Shown here piece after piece: positions 1-14,140 of a stretch of 64,000 nucleotides of DNA (the first letter of the stretch is position 1; every line of letters starts with the position of its first letter). Under the pieces are notes generated by a model. The model searched no databases, was not told where the DNA came from, and worked only from the letters and a program-made list of their open reading frames with translations. The stretch is taken from NCBI RefSeq assembly GCF_009914755.1, contig NC_060929.1; one strand, written 5' to 3'. The stretch comes from the human T2T-CHM13v2.0 reference genome, Homo sapiens. Both the position numbers and the translations under genes were made by a program.

Positions 1-9
1 ACTTTTTTT

Positions 10-295
10 GTGTGTTAGCCATTTTGAATGGTATGCATTGATATCTCATTGTGATTTTAATTTCCATTTCCCCAATGGCTAATGATGTTGAAAATATTCA
101 TTTGCCATCTGTATATCCTTTTTAGTGAAATGTCTGTTCATGTCTTTTGTCAATTTTCTAATTGCATTGCTTGAGAGTTCTTTATATATTTTGCATACTA
201 GCCCTTTGATGGATATGTGGTTTGCAAATATTTTCTCCCACTCTGGAGCATGTCTTTTCATCCTCCTTACATGGGCTTTCACAGAGCGAAATTTT
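10..295 (-). mobile_element. Old L1 (L1M) fragment, ORF2 C-terminal region
   Basis: ORF 79..282(-) reads EWEKIFANHIS.KGL..KIYKEL...KDMNRHFTKKDIQMAN, a degenerate L1 ORF2p C-terminus. Confidence 0.85.
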
Positions 296-344
296 GATGT
301 CTGGCATGGTTTAAAAGAAGCATTCTTAGCCTTTTTTTTTCAGG

Positions 345-490
345 TCTAACGGGCCCTTGAGAATCCGATGAAAACTGTAGAATCTTGACAGAAAAATATA
401 CATGCACAGAATAATTTGCATCTAATTTCATGGAATTCATGGCCTCTATAAAGTTTGTTGATGGACCATATGTTATGAACTCATGGCTTA
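345..490. mobile_element. hAT-Charlie-type non-autonomous DNA transposon remnant (family uncertain)
   Basis: ttgagaatccgatgaaaactgtag...tttgcatctaatttcatggaattcatgg resembles remembered Charlie-group MITE consensus. Confidence 0.4.
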
Positions 491-957
491 ATTAATGTTG
501 CATTAATTTCCAGCAATCCCACATAAGACTCTAGGGAGAGTTACCCTCCCTCATCAAAGTAAAAAGTGGGAAACCCTGTAGCTTACAAAAATAAGAGCAA
601 GTTTCTCAGCCAGGCTTTATCTAGGACCTGACCCAAGTGTTCCTTTCACAGTAATACATTCCTTTACTTCTCTGGGAGACATTGCCAGATTGCTACCTTA
701 AACGTTGATAGATTGAAGAGCTACTCCACAAGAAGCAATCTTTTCATACTGAACTCAGACTTTTAGGTATCAGCAAATGAATGAACTTTTGGGCTTTTGT
801 ACCCGCCAGTTCAGTTTTAGCAGCATGACTCTTGTCTATGTGATTTATTACTTTTCTTGCTCTACCTTTATAAAAATGAGGGGAAAATAAATAGAAATGA
901 GATATTGATGAAGAAGCAAGGATCTGATAAATTTGATATGATCACATGCAGTTGTGA

Positions 958-1324
<367 letters not shown>

Positions 1325-1774
1325 AACTTGATAATATATTTCATTGTGAGGGGAGGGCAAAAGTAAAGCACATGTAGGAAAAGCTAGAATATATGTTGTT
1401 GAAAATTCTGGCTAAAAGGAAATGTGTAATTAAGAGTGTTATTGCTGGGTCTCTGGCAAAAGGACTCCTGGCCCCTATAAGTCTATTCATTTTTGTCACA
1501 AATGTAGTATGTGTGTTTTAAGGATGGATTATGTATAAACATAGGAGGCTGATGACGTTTGCTCTCTCTGGTTCATAAACCTATTGCTTCAACCCCTCAA
1601 ACTCCTTTGTGTTTCCTAAAGATAGCATGTCCTTATCTGTCTTCATACTGAACTCCGACTTTCCATTTACAGAACTTCTTTATCTGTTTATGCTTGCCTG
1701 ACATTACCATGTTCTGCCAGTCCAGTGGTCTTCCTCCTTGCATCCTCTAGCTTCTCATGGATGTAGATCATATT

Positions 1775-1890
1775 ATCCCAACTAGATTCTGAGCTCATCA
1801 ATGATACAGTCAGCATTCTATATATTTTAATATCCTTCCCTAGATGGCCTGCATAGTGCTTTGCACATAGTAAGTGACAGTACATTGGGT
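1775..1890 (+). mobile_element. L2 3' end fragment
   Basis: actagattctgagctc...gcatagtgctttgcacatagtaagtg resembles the L2 3' terminus. Confidence 0.55.
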
Positions 1891-2989
1891 TTTGGACATG
1901 AAAGACATACTTTAGAAATTTATTGCTAATGAGGAAATTGATACCTTGGTAGGTCGTATCTTGCCCATGATGCTTGAGTGATGATTGAGCTTTGCGTTGA
2001 CATGAACAATACATTAAACAGACTCATAGCATAAGTAAGATTGTAAAGGTGATGTCTGATAGATTGAGAACAAGCTTTTAAAGGGCTTAATCACTTTGTG
2101 TGCAAATATATCCTGCGAAATACAAGTGAGTGTGACAGGTTTGGCGGAACATTTTGTTAGCAGCTAGCTTGTGCTCCTCTTTGTACTTTATAAACGTTAG
2201 GCTGCACAATTTCAGACTGACTGGCTCTCCTTCCTCCCTATCCCCACAACCACCATTAGTTTGAATTAATGAGATCTTAGTGAACAGTTACTTTGTTGTT
2301 TCCTTTCTAATCTTCAGACATCTCCCCACTGAGTTTACCAAATAATTCAACCCTTTCACTTAAAGCAGCTTAGACCTGCATAACTCAGGTAGATAACTGT
2401 AGTCTGAAACAGGTCTATAGACACTGTTGTGTGTTCAATAATAGGTTTATTTCAAATACTGTCTCCCTACCCATTTCCATTGTGCTGGCATTGAAGGTTT
2501 TTACTTAGACTTGGCCTTATCTCCCAGCTGTTTACTGTTCTTTTCCAGTTAGTATAACAGTTGTGAAATGCAATTATAAGCCTACATTCCTAGGTTAGTA
2601 TAAGGAACTGTGAGTCAGCATTTCCTTCCAAATGCAGAAAGTTTCAAACTAACATGGCAAATAGAATTACCTCAATAGTTGTTGCTCTGTCCTTTGAATT
2701 TTCAAACTGTAGGGGGACCATTCAGCTCTATAAAATCAAATAAAATTCTGTGGAGCTTTATGTCTTACATTTATTTGGTACAATGTATTTGGAATTCCTG
2801 ATCCCTGGAGGTTTCTCTGGGCCATCAGGTTTAGGCTGAGCTGGGTAGGCCTATTTCAGACCCTCCTGGCCCCAATTACCAGTTACTGCTGAGTCATTTT
2901 GGTCAGTTTAATATTTAGAGATTCTGAGTGATTTCATTTGAAATAAATATTCAAAGTCTTAAAAAATCCTTTTATATACTTAACATGTA

Positions 2990-3555
2990 ATAATAATAAT
3001 AATAGTTAATAGTTGCAACTAGCATTTAGTGTTTCTGGTAGACACTAAGTTTTTTCTCTTTTTACCCTATCAAATCTCTTAATCGTCACAACAGTCTTTG
3101 GGATAGGTACTATGATTAATTCTACTTGACAGACGAGGAACTGGCCAAGGAAAGTAAAATAGTGAACCTAAAGTCATGCAATTAAGACATACTGTAGGCC
3201 GGGGCAGTGGTTCACACCTGTAATCCCAACACTGGGAGGCTGAGGTGGGAGGATTGCTTGAGCTCAGGAGTTCAAGACCAGCCTGGGCAACAGAGTGACA
3301 CTCCATCTCTTTAAAAAAAAAAAAAAAAGGTGGGTGTGGTGGTATGCTCCTGCAGTTCCAGCTACTCAGAGGGCTGAGGTGGGAGGATCACTTGAACTGG
3401 GGAGGTCAAGGCTACAGTGAGCCTTGATTGTGCCACTGCTCTCCAGCCTGGGTGACAGAGTGAGACTCTGTTTCAAAACAAAAACAAAACCAAAAACAAA
3501 ACATACCATAGCTGAGATTCAATGCAGCTTGTTCCCAAGCCTGTATTCCTAACTG
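2990..3555 (-). mobile_element. MIR interrupted by an AluJ
   Basis: aatcgtcacaacagtc...ataggtactatgatt...acagacgaggaactg core; MIR-like sequence resumes after the Alu (gctgagattcaatgcagc). Confidence 0.6.
3197..3501 (+). mobile_element. AluJ, full length
   Basis: J-type motifs (gaggattgcttgagctcaggag, gaggtcaaggctacagtgagc); (CAAAA)n tail. Confidence 0.93.
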
Positions 3556-3639
3556 TGAAGCTTTTGCTGTCTTTTAGCCAAGCAAATCACTGTCTTTCAG
3601 ACCAGTTGTATGTTACAAAAGGACTTTGTGCTGAGGCTA

Positions 3640-3800
3640 CAGAGAACATGGGATGGGATCAGACAGGCTGGATTTACATCTGCTAAGCCACTTCTAGCTG
3701 CTGGACCTCAGTCAAGTGCCACAACTTTGCTGAGCTTTTCTTTCCTCATATGTAAAGTGAGGACAGGAACATGCGAGGTCCCCTTATCTGAGGATAGCAG
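3640..3800 (+). mobile_element. MIR fragment
   Basis: ctgagcttttctttcctcatatgtaaagtgagg MIR core. Confidence 0.6.
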
Positions 3801-3801
3801 G

Positions 3802-4629
3802 TATGATATTGTGAAACATACACGGTATTTTGACTTCATTCTTTCTCCTGTTTCCTGGCATACAATGCCTAAACTCCTTAGAATCTCCCAAATGATGTAT
3901 TTTTTATGCTAATGAGGTGACTGGTGGCTGGCAGCCCCTAGGTAGTTTCAGGATAGGCACTGGTCACAGGAAAGACTAAGGGAAGATTAGAGGATTGGGA
4001 TTTTCAGCTCCACCCGCCAACCTCTGGGGAGAAGAGAGGGGCTGAAGACTAAACTGATCACAAATGGCCAATGATGCAATGAGTCATGCTTATGTAATGA
4101 AGCTTCCTTAAAAACCCAAAAGGACTGGGTTCTTGGAACTACTGGATGGCAGAACACGTGGAGGTTCCTGGAGGGTGGCACACCCAGGGGAGGGTAGGGA
4201 AGCTCCTTGCCCTTTTCCACATGCTTCACCCTATGCATTTCTTCATCTGTACCCTTCGTAATATCCTTTATAATAAACCAGTACATGTAAGTGTTTCCCT
4301 GAGTTCTGTGAGCCACACTAGGAAATTAGTCAAACCCAAGGAGAGGGTTGTGGGATCCCTGATTTATAGTCAGTTGGTCAGAGCACAGGTGAAACAACCT
4401 GAGACTTGCATTGGCATCAGAAATGTGGGACAGTCTTGTGGGACTGAGTCCTCAACCTGTGGGATCTGATGCTATCTCCAGGTAGTATGGGAATTGGAGG
4501 ACACCCAGCTTGTGTCTGCTGCAGAATTGCTTGCTTGCTTCAACAAGCAAGGAAATTCCCCATCCCCCTGCTGAAGCATGTTGTGAGATTATAGTAGAAG
4601 AAACTGTTTTTTTTCTACTGAGTGGGTCA
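3802..4629 (+). mobile_element. MER21-family solo LTR (MER21A/B-like)
   Basis: Begins tatgatattgtgaaac...tttcctggcatacaa; contains ggctggcagcccctaggtag, gaacacgtggaggttcctggagggtgg and AATAAA at 4272; apparent 4-bp flanking repeat cagg (3798-3801 and 4630-4633). Confidence 0.85.
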
Positions 4630-4754
4630 CAGGGATGTCCCTTAATGTGAATCTCCTTAAAATGGAGACCAACATTTCATAGGAAGCAGTGGTGGAAAAA
4701 AGACTTGCCTGAGGTTCCATTGTGTGAAAATGAAAATAAAGTATGAAAATAAGC

Positions 4755-5204
<450 letters not shown>

Positions 5205-5368
5205 AATTATATTTTTCAATTTTGTGGTAATTCTAGGAATGGATAGAACGTGAACCGTGTGTGTGTCTGTGTGTGTAGTATATGATTAATTAAGGAGGGG
5301 GGTGTGAAATTTTCTGATCAAATTGATTGACTCCGCACCATACAATCTACCAGTCACATTTGATTTTC

Positions 5369-5848
<480 letters not shown>

Positions 5849-6025
5849 TGATTTTCAAAGCATGATTGTGAGGGTCATTTTTATTAGAAATACCCAAAAA
5901 CTTCTTCCATTTTCTCAAGGAGGGGGAAGGTGCTCTTATTTCTTTAATATGGACACTGTTATCTTTGAGACCTTTGTCTTATCATGATTTTCTTTTTAAG
6001 TTGTTAATGGGTCTCTGCCACATTC

Positions 6026-6071
6026 TCATTTAACTTGACAAGGGTTCATTTAACTTGATAAGGGTACATTT
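6026..6071. repeat. 20-bp tandem repeat, about 2.3 copies
   Basis: tcatttaacttga(c/t)aagggt x2 followed by acattt. Confidence 0.9.
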
Positions 6072-8192
6072 TGAAGATCTGCCTCTAAAAAGTGAGTCTT
6101 TTTCCCTAGTTGGCAAGCTCTAAGTATTTTTCCCAGTAGTTTTCCTTCAGGCTTTGTAGAATTAGGCATGGCCTATGGTGTGTGGCAAGCTTATCAAGTA
6201 AAATTCTCATCGAACGATAGCTTCATATATAATTTCAGCAGTTCTCATGATACTATTCTTTATTAAAAATGCCATGCTTTAAAAAATGTTCTAAATGTAT
6301 TGTAAGTTGATTTGTCTTTTATTTACACCATTCAGTAACAACACCAAGACCAATGCAAACAAACAGTATACACAAAATCTGTTCTCTCTAAATATGGAAT
6401 GATTAGAGAATAGATGCCAGCATTGAGTGGAGTGGAGGGGAATAGAGAATGATCGGGGAGGCAGTTGCTTGCGTAAGCTTTATTTTCTAATATAAGCGTT
6501 CAGTTCATTTTTTGAGTATTTTTATCTGTAGATAGCATTGGCTTCTTCATATAACCTTGTAATGGCAGGGACTTGGAAAGGAATCGTTAAGTAACAAGGA
6601 CTTCCCATATATTCCTTTCAAGGCTGCTATGAGGATCATCTGAGATGATAATTGCGGAATATTGAGCAAGGTGCCTGAGTATTACCTGTTAATTAGTTTT
6701 GTAAAAGGCACACAAACCAATGTTTATCGACATATTCAAAGACAAAATTAAGGTGATAGGTTTTATAGTCATTCTGCCTTAGAATATTTTATTTAGATGA
6801 AAAATGTGAAAAATTCAGAATTTCATAAAGTCAAGAATTGATATTTTTCCATGTAAATGTTATATTTACTTTCCTCTTTTATTAAAAACATTTTTAGCCT
6901 GTTTAAAATAGTCTAATACTTTTTTTTAGAGTTAACAAACAATAAAAGATATTTGGATATTATGTATTCCCCGTAAGTCTATAATACTGTATCTTGATGT
7001 TCTTTTTATAAGAGCTTCCCCCATTTGGGGAACAAACTTAAAAATTCTGGCTGTGTACTAAGGCCCCAAGTCATCCCCTGGTGTCTGCCAGCAAATGTTT
7101 GGAAATACTTTGGTTTTTTTATGTCCCAAGAAACATTTCTGGAAAATGTGGTACAATTTTTTTAAGTACTTGACTATGAAAAACTTGGTAATTGCAGATG
7201 AAGAACTCAAACTTTCATAGATAGAATGAAATATAGAGGGTGGCATTTATATAGTGAAAAGTGACAGCACATCAAGGACTTAAGCAGTTGTAACTTGCCT
7301 AGCAAATACAAATTTGTTTTATTATCAAACTTGGTGTGAAAGGAGGCACAGCATGGTTTAGCCATGTGGCTCTGCAAGTGAGCATGGAACTCAGTGCTCT
7401 ACTGTGAAAGAGGAATTAACTTGGGGAAAATCCAAATGAGAATATAAAAATTTAAAATATATTTCAGTTTGAAGTTTCCTGGTTTTATTGAGTATATATT
7501 TGCTCCAGCATATTTTTTTCTACAATTAGTCTATGAAATTCTATAGGGCTTTTAGAAGGATTAGGACTGAGGGTGAGTACTGTGGTGACTTTATTTTTTT
7601 TCAAGGAGTGAAAAGTGGTTGCTCTGAAAAACAAAATTAATTGCTGTTCAAATGGTTTTTAAATTTCTGTACTGAAAAATGGCAAATGGTAGAGTAATGA
7701 ATAATGAAATACAAGTTATTGGCTATAAAGTGAAATGTAAATAACATTGTCTAGCCCTTGACATTTCACCTTTTGCTGAGATCATAGTATAATCCAAATT
7801 TGAGGGAGGCCTTTGATACAGCTGGTTTCTTCTTGACTGAAAAGTGCAAAGCGTTGGCATCTGGGTCCTTCGTGAAGCTGTGTGATTCTGGACTTTGGAC
7901 TGTAGTCCACTGTAGCCTGCCTTCTCACTGTGTAAATACATAACTACATGGGCTCCCGTGAGCTTGCCACACGCCACAGGCTATGCCTAATTCTACAAAG
8001 CCTGAAGGAAAAATACTGTGAAAAATACTTATAGCTTGACAACTAGGGAAAAAGGCTCACTTTTTAGGTGCAGATCTTCAAAATGTACCCTTATCAAGTT
8101 AAAAAAAAAAGGGGGGGAGTTAGCATGTACCCTATTTAATGTATTTATTTATAGTCATTTATAAATCATATTACTGTAACAATGTATATATA

Positions 8193-8421
8193 TTTTGACT
8201 AGGGACAGGGTCTGGCTCTGTTGCTCAGACTGAAGGGCAGTGGTGCAGTGGCACGATCATACCTCACTGTAGCCTACAACTCCTGGGTTTGGGAGATCCT
8301 CCTGCCTCAGCCTCCTGAGTAGCTAGGACTACAGGCATGCACCACCGTGCCCGGTTAATTTCAAAATTATTTTTGTAGAGATAGGGTCTTGCTATGTTGC
8401 CCAGGCTGATCTCAAACTCCA
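8193..8421 (-). mobile_element. AluJ, 5'-truncated
   Basis: gacagggtctggctctgttgc...gatctcaaactcc; J-type gatcatacctcactgtagcc. Confidence 0.88.
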
Positions 8422-8574
8422 TGACATGTTCTCTTTGGAAGATTAAATAAAAAAAGTTAGAAATCTCTTTCTCCAAAAATTTACAGAATGCTATGTGAGA
8501 GCTTTTGTAGGTAGCAAACTTTAAATGATTTTTTTGCAACAAAAGCAATGGAAACATGGACAGATACTCTTTCA

Positions 8575-9015
<441 letters not shown>

Positions 9016-9455
9016 TTACTTTTTTCTTGAAGGAACAGGCTAATTGAAAAACCAGTAGGTTTATAGCACTTCTATTTTTGTAAGAGAAAATTATGTAGTA
9101 CATGTTTAAGTTTGACAACTTTTTAAAGTACTTTGCCACAATATAACCAGCACGTCTCAATGTAGTATAGATTTTTATGGTTACTTCGCATCTCATTACA
9201 TAAATTGCAAAGATTTGACCACATTGGAGTTCTTATTTCCACAAAATTAACCATGTTGATTGATTAATGTCCCATAGAATATTTTGTGCTTTTGGCTTCA
9301 AGTTCTTTGTTGCAGAACCTTGCTCATGAATGACAAAGTGAATGAGTCTTGTGTGTGGTGTTTTTAAAACTTCTTATAAGAGCAGCTGCCTTACCAGTGG
9401 TTGTACTTGAACAGTTTTCGATAGAACACTATTTTTTATTAAAAAAATAATTCAC

Positions 9456-9778
<323 letters not shown>

Positions 9779-9809
9779 TCAGAATATGTCTCCATATTCT
9801 CACTTAAAA

Positions 9810-9993
9810 TGATGGGTTTTGGATGGGAGGGGAGTGAGGGATAAAAGACGACACATTGGGTACAGTGTACACTGCTCGGGTGATAGGTGTACCCAAATCT
9901 CAGAAATCACCACTAAAGAACTTATCTATGTAACGAGACACCACCTGTTTCTCCAAAAACCTATTGAAGTAAAAAATAAAAATTAAAAAAAAA
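9810..9993 (+). mobile_element. L1PB-type 3' end
   Basis: ttgggtacagtgtacactgctcgggtgat...aaatctcagaaatcaccactaaagaacttatc...aaaaacctattgaa plus A-rich tail. Confidence 0.85.
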
Positions 9994-10170
9994 TTTTGAG
10001 TATATTTTATCAGATAAAATCTAGCAAATACCACAAGTTGAGTTGTGAAAAACATCTGTACTTTTTTCTAAGTGTACAGCAAACTTCTTGCACAATTAAA
10101 TTTGCTCTAATAGACTTGTTTCTTAAAATATTCAACAGTCTTCAATAGTTTTACTCATAAAGAAATTCCT

Positions 10171-10305
10171 TTTATCTTTTTTTTTCTTTAGAGATGGAGT
10201 TTTGCCATGTTGCCCAGGCTGGTCTCAAACTCCTGGGCTCAAGCGATCCACCTGCCTCGACCTCTCAAAGTGCTGGGATTACAGACATGAACCACCAAGC
10301 CTGGC
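10171..10305 (-). mobile_element. FLAM (free left Alu monomer)
   Basis: Single left arm with T-rich tail; ctcctgggctcaagcgatcc. Confidence 0.85.
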
Positions 10306-10832
10306 CAAGGAATGCATTTTAGTTTGCTGCTTTATTTCTCTGTATTCTTTCAGCTATTTTTTTTTAGCTTCCACATTTCCTATAGTAATGCATTTTTTTT
10401 TTTTTGGCTATTAAGTGGAAATCCCAAAGTACTGGGATTATGTACAAAAATACATAAGGATCTTCTAATTTTATCATCAAGTTAAGCAAATTTTGTGAAA
10501 GACTGGAATTGTATAAGGCATGACTATAAACATAGATGACAAATTGCTAATATCTTGAAGTGCAGCAGACATTTAAGGTGAGGATCATAGTATATGCTAG
10601 TGGATATAAATTAATTTTTTAAATGCCTTCTTGATAATTTAGAATTTTGGAAGGATCAACTTGTTAATGTTCTTGGGTTGGCCATTATTTTTATTTTATG
10701 GGTGGCTGGTGAACAATTTATACTCGGAATAGGAGTCTCAGTTCTTTCATATTCTTGTTAGTATTATCTTTAATTTGAAGTTTCTGAGACTCTGGTTTGT
10801 AAAGTTAGTTTCATTAAAAATTGATGATTATA

Positions 10833-11125
10833 GGCTGGGCATGGTGGCTCACACCTGTAACCCTAGAACTTTGGGAGGCTGAGGCAGGTGGATCACTTGA
10901 GGTCAGGAGTTGGAGACAATCCTGGCCAACATAGTGAACCTTGTCTCTCCTAAAAAATACAAAAATTAGCTGGGCATGGTGGTGCATGCCTGTAATACCA
11001 GCTATTCGCTAGGCTAAGGCACAAGAATTGGTTGAACCTGGGAGGCAGAGTTTGCAGTGAGCCAAAATCATGCCACTGCGCTCTAGCCTGGGCAACAGAG
11101 CGAAACTCTGTCTCAAAAAAAAAAA
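10833..11125 (+). mobile_element. AluS (Sz-like), full length
   Basis: TSD aaaaattgatgattat on both sides. Confidence 0.95.
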
Positions 11126-11139
11126 TTGATGATTATTTT

Positions 11140-11400
11140 CTGTAATCCCAGCACTGTGGGAGGCCAAGGCAGGAGGATCACTTGAGGCCAGGGGTTTGAG
11201 ACCAGCCTAAACAACATAGCAAGACCCTATCTGTACAGAAAAATACAACTTAGCACGCCTATCATCTTAACCATGTGGGAGGCTGAAGCAAGAGGATTGC
11301 TTGAGCCCAGGATATCAAGGTTACAGTGAACTATGATTGTGCTGCTGCATTCCAGCCTGGATGACAGAGTGATACTGTTTCAAATAATAACAATAATAAA
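11140..11400 (+). mobile_element. AluJ, 5'-truncated, tandem to the previous Alu
   Basis: ctgtaatcccagcac...gaggattgcttgagcccagg...(AAT)n tail. Confidence 0.9.
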
Positions 11401-11717
11401 TGGATTATTATAATCTATAAACCCATTTAAGTGGGTCCACATAAACTGCCATAGGGGCATGATATTTTAAATAAAATTGAGGGCTGAGAAGGGCCCTGTT
11501 GTCAAACCCTCTGCCTTGTAGGACCCTCACTCATCTCTCAAGATGTCTTAGGAAACATGACTTGGGACCTAGGAGGATGCTATCACCAGTGTGTATAGGA
11601 AGTATTAGTAGAACTTAAATGGTTTTATAAAAAGTACCTCAAAATAGAACTTTTCATATTCACTTTCTTGCCAAGTGTATCCTCTGGGGATTACTGTACT
11701 AAATATCACAATTCATT

Positions 11718-12012
11718 CTTTTTTTTTTTTTTTTGAGATTGAGTTTCACTCTTATTGCCCAGGCTGGAGTACAATGGCACAATCTGAGCTCATTGCAACC
11801 CCTGCCTCCTGGGTTCAAGCGATTCTCCTGCCTCAGCCTCCAGCTGAGATTACAGGTGCCTGCCACCCTGCCCAGCTAATTTTTGCATTTTAGTAGATAT
11901 GGGGTTTCACCATATTGGTCAGGCTGGTCTTGAACTCCTGACCTGAGGTGATCCACCTGCCTCAGCCTCCCAAAGTGCTGGCATTACAGGTGTGAGCCAC
12001 CATGCCCAGCCC
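11718..12012 (-). mobile_element. AluS (Sq/Sp-like), full length
   Basis: TSD cacaattcattctt at 11707 and 12013. Confidence 0.95.
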
Positions 12013-12060
12013 CACAATTCATTCTTAAGAGAAGCCTCTAAAGTACTGCAGCAGAGCTCT

Positions 12061-12152
12061 GGCTGGGCATGGTGGCGCATGCCTGTAAGGCCAGCCACTC
12101 GGGAGGCTAAGGCACAAGAATCGCCTGAACCTGGGAGGCGGAGGTTGCAGAG
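12061..12152 (+). mobile_element. Alu right-arm fragment without tail
   Basis: ggctgggcatggtggcgcatgcctgtaa...gaatcgcctgaacctgggaggcggaggttgcag, then abrupt end. Confidence 0.85.
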
Positions 12153-12469
12153 CCAGGCTTGGCCTAAGGAGCAGAACCCAGGCCTCAAATGTGCAGTGGG
12201 AGGGAGGCAAGGGTGCAGGGACAAGTGAGTCTTCCTGTCTGCCCCATTTAGAATTCTCTTGCAGCCTGCTCCTCCATTTCTCCTAATCTTTCATTCTCTT
12301 TCATTCAGCTTGGAACTCCTTGAGGGCTGGACCACTTTCTGGTGGACCCAGAAGGCATGTCTTTATTATCTTTGTGTAATACCTGGCCCGCAGTTGGTGT
12401 TCAGTGAGTGATGCTGGGTTTTTTTTGTTTTTTTTCTAAGTAGGAAACAAGTTTCTAAGTGCTATTTGT

Positions 12470-12907
12470 TTACTTTTAAATTTTTAACTGTGGCAAAATA
12501 GACAACATAAAATTTACCATCTTAACCATTTTTAACATAGGCCAGTAGTGTTAAGTATATTCACATTGCTGTGAGACCATTACCGTTGTCCATCTCCAGA
12601 ACACTTTCATCTATGCAAAACTGAAAGTCCATATCCAATAAAGAATAAAGTCCTCTGTGTCCCACCCCTGGCAACTACCAATCATTTTTTTTTCTGTTTC
12701 TCATGTCAAACTCATGTTTGATTACTCGAGGTACCTCATATAACTGGCATCATATAGTATTTTTCCTTTCTGTCTGAGTTCTTTCACTTAGGGTAATGTT
12801 GTCAAGGCTTGTCCAATTGTAGCATGTGTTGGAATTGTATTCCTTTTTAAGGCTGAATAACATTCCCCTGTAGGTGTATATCACATTTTGTTTATCCATC
12901 CATCTGT
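12470..12907 (-). mobile_element. L1MB-type 3' end
   Basis: aacataaaatttaccatcttaaccattttta...catctccagaacactttcatc...ttcctttttaaggctgaataa. Confidence 0.85.
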
Positions 12908-13354
12908 GCTATTTTTAAAGGGGCAGGCACACCGAGAGGCAGATCCAGGTGCACACACCTGGCAGAGAGGTTGGTTAGCTTGACAGTGGGCTGCATCCTA
13001 CCCATGTGTTCATGCAGCTGAACTCTCTGGCCCTCTGTGTAAGGGAGGCAATAGAACTATCTTGTCACTATGCTATTCTGCCTCACCTGGCCAAAAGTGG
13101 ACTCTGACTTTGGAATCACCTGGAGCCAAGCGATGAACACAGGTGAAGCTTTCAACATGCTTATATTGACCTTTCTTGGCTTTCTGAAATATTTTTATTT
13201 TAGGAGCAGTCTATGGGATAGTGTCTGGGGTCATAGGGTTTCCATATGTGTGGAAACTAATATAAAATAATAAAGGTGGTGGGATATATATTTTTTCAAA
13301 TTCAAATTGTTTTTATTTTGCCTCATGTAGACACTACATGTACTATAATTACTA

Positions 13355-13960
13355 TGATTTTTAATTTTGATAATATATAGAAGGTTTACCATTTGAACCA
13401 TTTTTTCAGGTACAACTCAGTGGAACTAAGTACATTCACATTGTTGTGCAACCATCACCCCCACCAGCCATCTCCAGAACTTCCTTATCTTCCCAAACTG
13501 AAACTCTATGGCCATTAAATAATAACTCTCCATTCTCCCCAACGTCCAGCTTCTGGTAATCTCTATTCTACTTTTTTCTATGAGTTGGACTATCTAGGTA
13601 CCTCATATAAGTAGAATCATACAGTATTTGTCCTTTTGTGATTGGCTTGTTTTACTTAGCATAGTGTCTTTAAGGCTCATTCGTGTTATAACATGTACTA
13701 GCCTTTTGTTTCTTTTCAAGGCTGAATAATATTCCATTGCATGTGTATACCACATTTTGATTATCCATCCATCCGTCAATGGACATTTGGGTTTTTCTAT
13801 CTTTTGGCTATTGTGAATCATGCTGCTATGAACATAGGTATAAAAATTTCTGTTTGAGTCCCTGCTTTCAATTCTTTGGGTATATACCTGGAAGTAGAAT
13901 TGCTAAGTCATATGGTAATTCTACGTGTAATATTTTGAGGGGCCATCATATTGTGTTCTA
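13355..13960 (-). mobile_element. L1MB-type 3' end (second copy)
   Basis: acattcacattgttgtgcaaccatcacc...; ORF 13603..13821(-) PKCPLTDGWIIKMWYTHAMEYYSALKRN is an L1 ORF2 tail. Confidence 0.88.
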
Positions 13961-14140
13961 GGGGAGGATATTTTATTTAGATAGCATCTTAGTCCTTTAT
14001 TCTTTCATATTTTGTCTCTGCAGTTTTCCTATCTAATGAGTTTGCTTCTCCCTCCACAATATTGATAACTGGAGAGCTCTGCTGGTCGGTTCCATGGGGC
14101 CTCCTGCAATAACTTCTCTTGTTTATTATTTTCATTGCAG

